Origin: Macrostomum lignano | Taxonomy: Eukaryota | Direction of reading: 5' to 3' | Assembly: GCA_002269645.1 (NCBI GenBank) | Contig: NIVC01005267.1 | Location: 1-11,799, forward strand | Length of the DNA: 11,799 nucleotides | Part shown: positions 8,053 to 11,799 of the stretch, in pieces | Numbering within the stretch: the first letter of the stretch is position 1 | How the letters are laid out: each line of letters begins with the position of its first letter | The notes under the pieces: model-generated | What the model saw: only the letters and a program-made list of their open reading frames with translations | The model's database searches: none | What the model was told of the DNA's origin: nothing | Program-made: the position numbers and the translations under genes

Positions 8053-8298
8053 CTCAAATTCCAAATAGCTCAAATCCCATTGTGCTCAAATCCCATAGTG
8101 CTCAAATCCCATAGTGCTCAAATATCATAGTGCTCAAATCCTATAGTGCTCAAATATCATAGTGCTCAAATCCCATAGTGCTCAAATATCATAGTGCTCA
8201 AATCCCATAGTGCTCAAATATCATAGTGCTCAAATCCCATAGTGCTCAAATCCCATAGTGCTCAAATCCCATAGTGCTCAAATCCCATAGCACTCAAA
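8053..8298. repeat. 16-bp intronic minisatellite, about 15 copies
   Basis: Unit GTGCTCAAATCCCATA (starts at 8226, 8242, 8258), alternating in the middle with GTGCTCAAATATCATA. It reaches to within about 5 nt of the splice donor at 8303. Confidence 0.95.
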
Positions 8299-8303
8299 GT
8301 TAC

Positions 8304-8425
8304 CTGCTCAGGCGTTTTCACCAGGTTATAGCATGTGCACTGCGGGCACTCTTCAATCTGAGGTCGGCGAGTCATTCTTGAGGCCTTCTCGTGCTCGATG
8401 GAGTTGCTGAAGATCCAAAAAATTC
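8304..8425 (-). CDS. Internal exon of the claudin-like gene (end of TM3 and Cys-rich second extracellular loop)
   Basis: Acceptor ctccatgcag| (phase 1) and donor CAG|gtaact (phase 0). Encodes (G)IFWIFSNSIEHEKASRMTRRPQIEECPQCTCYNLVKTPEQ. Phases fit both neighbouring exons. Confidence 0.8.
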
Positions 8426-8498
8426 CTGCATGGAGTAGAGATAAAAATAGTAAGTCGAGTTTATGTGATTTTGCATAAAAAATGAGCATCATTGGCTT

Positions 8499-8997
8499 AT
8501 CCGCACATCTAGATACACATATCCGCACATCTATGCGACACATGCACATATCTGCACATCTAGACACACACATCGCCATCTAGACACACATATCCGCACA
8601 TCTAGACACACATATCCGCAACATCTAGACACACATATCCGCACATCTAGACACACATATCCGCACATCTAGACACACATATCCGCACATCTAGACACAC
8701 GTATCCGCACATCTAGACACACATATCCGCACATCTAGATACACATATCCGCACATCTAGACACACGTATCCGCACATCTAGACACACATATCGCGCACA
8801 TCTAGACACACATATCCGCACATCTAGACACACATATCCGCACATCTAGACACACATATCCGCACATCTAGACACACATATCCGCACATCTAGACACACA
8901 TATCCGCACATCTAGATACACACATATCCGCCCACATCTGAGACACATGCACATATCTGCACATCTAGACACCACATACCCGCACATCTAGACACAC
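8499..8997. repeat. 22-bp intronic minisatellite, about 22 copies
   Basis: Unit ATCCGCACATCTAGACACACAT (period 8641 to 8663). It fills about 500 of the 589 nt of the intron 8426-9014. Confidence 0.97.
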
Positions 8998-9014
8998 TAA
9001 ACCGCCAAGCTCAC

Positions 9015-9150
9015 CAGCAGTGAGATGCAGGACTCCAGTCACCATAATCGAGGCACAATTTAGCCAGCACTCCAATCGTTCCAGTGATGACGGAGGAGAT
9101 GACGCAGATGAGCACCACTATGCAGCAGGCCATCGTGTTGTTTTGCATCT
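9015..9150 (-). CDS. Internal exon of the claudin-like gene (TM2 and TM3) with an apparent frameshift near 9060
   Basis: Acceptor ctctaatcgcag| (phase 1) and donor GCTG|gtgagc (phase 1). Encodes (K)MQNNTMACCIVVLICVISSVITGTIGVLAK / CASIMVTGVLHLTA(G). Its 136 nt are 2 nt short of (or 1 nt over) an intact frame, at the run GCTAAATTGT. Confidence 0.78.
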
Positions 9151-9256
9151 CTGCGATTAGAGTTTCATGAGCAAAATGCATTTCTGAGCTCGACAATTTA
9201 AAAGAATACTTGCGATTCACTTTCTCCTTTGCATGACTTTAGAAAAGAATAGACGT

Positions 9257-11146
9257 CCACAATAAGACTCAGAAGCTAGTTTCGCCACAAAAGGACTCAG
9301 GATTGGCGCCACAATAGGACTCAGAAGCTAGTTTCGCCACAATAGGACTCAGATTGGCGCCACAATAGGACTCAGGATTGGCGCCGCAATAACTCAGGAT
9401 TGGTGCCACAATAGGACTCAGGATTGGCGCCACAATAGGACTCAGGATTGGCGCCGCAATAGGACTCAGGATTGGTGCCACAATAGGACTCAGGATTGGC
9501 GCCACAATAGGACTCAGGATTGGCGCCACTATAGGACTCGGGAGCTAGTGGCGCCATATTAGGATTCAGGAGCTAGTGGCGCCATAATAGGACTCAGGAT
9601 TGGCGCCACAATAGGACTCAGGAGAGGCGCCACACATAGGACTCAGGATTGGCGCAACAATAGGACTCAGGAGAGGCGCCACAATAGGACTTGAGAGTGG
9701 CGCCACAATAGGACTTGAGAGTGGCGCCACAATAGGACTTGAGAGTGGCGCTACAATAGACTTGAGAGTGGCGCCACAATAGGACTTGAGAGTGGCGCTA
9801 CAATAGGACTTGAGAGTGGCGCCACAACAGGACTTGAGAGCGGCGCCTCAACAGGACTTGAGAGCGGCGTCTCAACAGGACTTGAGAGCGGCGCCACAAC
9901 AGGACTTGAGAGCGGCGCCATAACAGGACTTGAGAGCGGCGCCACAAAGGACTCAGGAGTGGCGCCACAACAGGACTTGAGAGCGGCGCCACAACAGGAC
10001 TTGAGAGCGGCGCCACAACAGGACTTAAGAGTGGCGCTACAATAGGACTGGATCAGGAGTGGCGCCACAATAGGACTTGAGAGTGGCGCCACAATAGGAC
10101 TTAGAGTGGCGCCACAACAGGACTTGAGAGCGGCGCCACAAAAGGACTCAGGAGTGGCGCCACAACAGGACTTGAGAGCGGCGCCACAACAGGACTTGAG
10201 AGTGGCGCTACAAATAGGACTGGATCAGGAGTGGCGCCACAATAGGACTTGAGAGTGGCGCCACAATAGGATTTAAGAGTGGCGCCACAAAAGGACTTGA
10301 GAGTGCGCCAAAATAGAACTTGAGAGTGGCCCACAATAGGACTTAAGAGTGGCGCCACAATAGGACTTGAGAGTGGCGCTACAATAGGACTTGAGAGTGG
10401 CGCTACAATAGGACTGGATCAGGAGTGGCGCCACAATAGGACTTGAGAGTGGCGCTACAATAGGACTTGAGAGTGGCGCTACAATAGGACTGGATCAGGA
10501 GTGGCGCCACAATAGGATTGAGAGTGGCGCCACAATAGGACTTGAGAGTGGCGCCACAATAGGACTTGAGAGTGGCGCCACAATAGGACTTGAGAGTGGC
10601 GCTACAATAGGACTGGATCAGGAGTGGCGCCACAATAGGACTTAAGAGTGGCGCCAAAATAGAACTTGAGAGTGGCGCTACAATAGGACTGGATCAGGAG
10701 TAGCGCCACAATAGGACTTGAAAGTGTCGCCACAAAAGGACTTGAGAGTGGCGCTACAATAGGACTGGATCAGGAGTGGCGCCACAATAGGACTTGAGAG
10801 TGGCGCTACAATAGGACTGGATCAGGAGTGGCGCCACAATAGGATTTAAGAGTGGCGCCACAAAAGGACTTGAGAGTGGCGCCAAAATAGAACTTGAGAG
10901 TGGCGCCACAATAGGACTTAAGAGTGGCGCCACAATAGGACTTGAGAGTGGCGCTACAATAGGACTGGATCAGGAGTGGCGCCACAATAGGATTTAAGAG
11001 TGGCGCCACAAAAGGACTTGAGAGTGGCGCCAAAATAGAACTTGAGAGTGGCGCCACAATAGGACTTGAGAGTGGCGCTACAACAGGACTTGAGAGCGGC
11101 GCCACAATAGGACTCAGGAGTGGCCAAACAGTAGGACTCAGGAGCT
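9257..11146. repeat. 24/28-bp intronic minisatellite, roughly 75-80 copies, with sub-domains and higher-order repeats
   Basis: Core GGCGCCACAATAGGACT followed by CAGGATT, TGAGAGT or GGATCAGGAGT. A 148-bp block (28+5x24) repeats at 10801 and 10949. The array fills about 1.9 of the 2.07 kb of intron 9151-11221. Confidence 0.97.
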
Positions 11147-11221
11147 ATGAGTGGTAGCGTAACTGAGGGATCAAACTAAAGAAGTCAGTCGAACTTACTC
11201 AAAGCTTGTGCTCAAACTTAC

Positions 11222-11368
11222 TCATTATCTGCGACTCCGCAGTGTTTTCGGTGGCATCCAGAATGTCCCTGGCGTTGGTGTAGCCAGAGATGTAGTCAAA
11301 GCAGCTGTTGTTGGTGATTAAAAAGCTGAAGTTTTTGCAGTAGGTGTCGTAATCTGCGTTCAGTGCAT
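11222..11368 (-). CDS. Internal exon of the claudin-like gene (distal first extracellular loop)
   Basis: Acceptor aaaaatttcag| (phase 1) and donor ATGA|gtaagt (phase 1), 147 nt. Encodes ALNADYDTYCKNFSFLITNNSCFDYISGYTNARDILDATENTAESQIM, with two Cys and the sequons NFS and NNS. Not in the ORF track. Confidence 0.78.
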
Positions 11369-11403
11369 CTGAAATTTTTGAACGATTATCTGTTTTGTAG
11401 TCT

Positions 11404-11799
11404 GAATTGGAATCATTTCGGGACTACATGCAATCATATCGGGGCTGATTGGAATCATTTTGGTACTAATTGGCATCATATCGGACTAATTGCAATCATT
11501 TCGGGACTAATTAAATCATTTTCGGACTAATTGGAATCATTTTCGGGACTAATTGGAATCATTTCGGGACTAATTGGAATCATTTCGGGACTAATTGGAA
11601 TCATTTGGGACTAAATTGCAATCATTTCGGGACTAATTGGAATCATTTCGGGACTAATTAGAATCATTTTTGGGACTAATTGAATCATTTTCGGGACTAA
11701 TTGGAATCATTTTCGGACTAATTGGAATCATTTCGGGACTAATTGGAATAATTTCGGGACTAATTAGAATCATTTTCGGGACTAATTGGAATCATTTTC
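11404..11799. repeat. 21/22-bp intronic minisatellite, at least 18 copies, running off the window
   Basis: Unit CTAATTGGAATCATTTCGGGA with T-run and G-run length variants; degenerate at the left edge. Confidence 0.96.

Noticed and set aside
8262-9220. ORF-track entries 8262-8579 and 9011-9220 as stand-alone genes
   Set aside because: Each is an internal exon plus flanking intron or repeat sequence; the splice signals and phases explain them better.
9269-11105. Minus-strand ORFs MAPLSSPVV... and SYCGATLKS... in the ORF track
   Set aside because: They are translations of the 24-bp minisatellite, switch frames freely, and lie in an intron bounded by good splice sites.

Overview
Eukaryotic (probably metazoan) genomic DNA, not prokaryotic. 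(1) Bases 1-~5100 are the 3' half of an inactivated Bel/Pao LTR retrotransposon: protease, RT, RNase H, integrase, then a probable 3' LTR starting at 4552. Its pol carries five frameshifts and two Trp-to-stop changes, and a tRNA-derived SINE with a 13-bp target-site duplication interrupts its RNase H. (2) Bases 5476-6035 can be rebuilt, with four single-base corrections, into a signal-peptide ORF with a Cys-loop cationic peptide and a 15-aa anionic repeat tail; this is speculative. (3) Bases 6535-11368 on the minus strand hold four phase-compatible exons of a PMP22/claudin-superfamily membrane protein that the ORF track does not assemble. Every intron is filled by its own unrelated minisatellite (34, 16, 22, 24/28 and 21 bp units). 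A bias toward small deletions suggests part of the frame damage is sequencing or consensus error. All calls are by eye; no searches were run.
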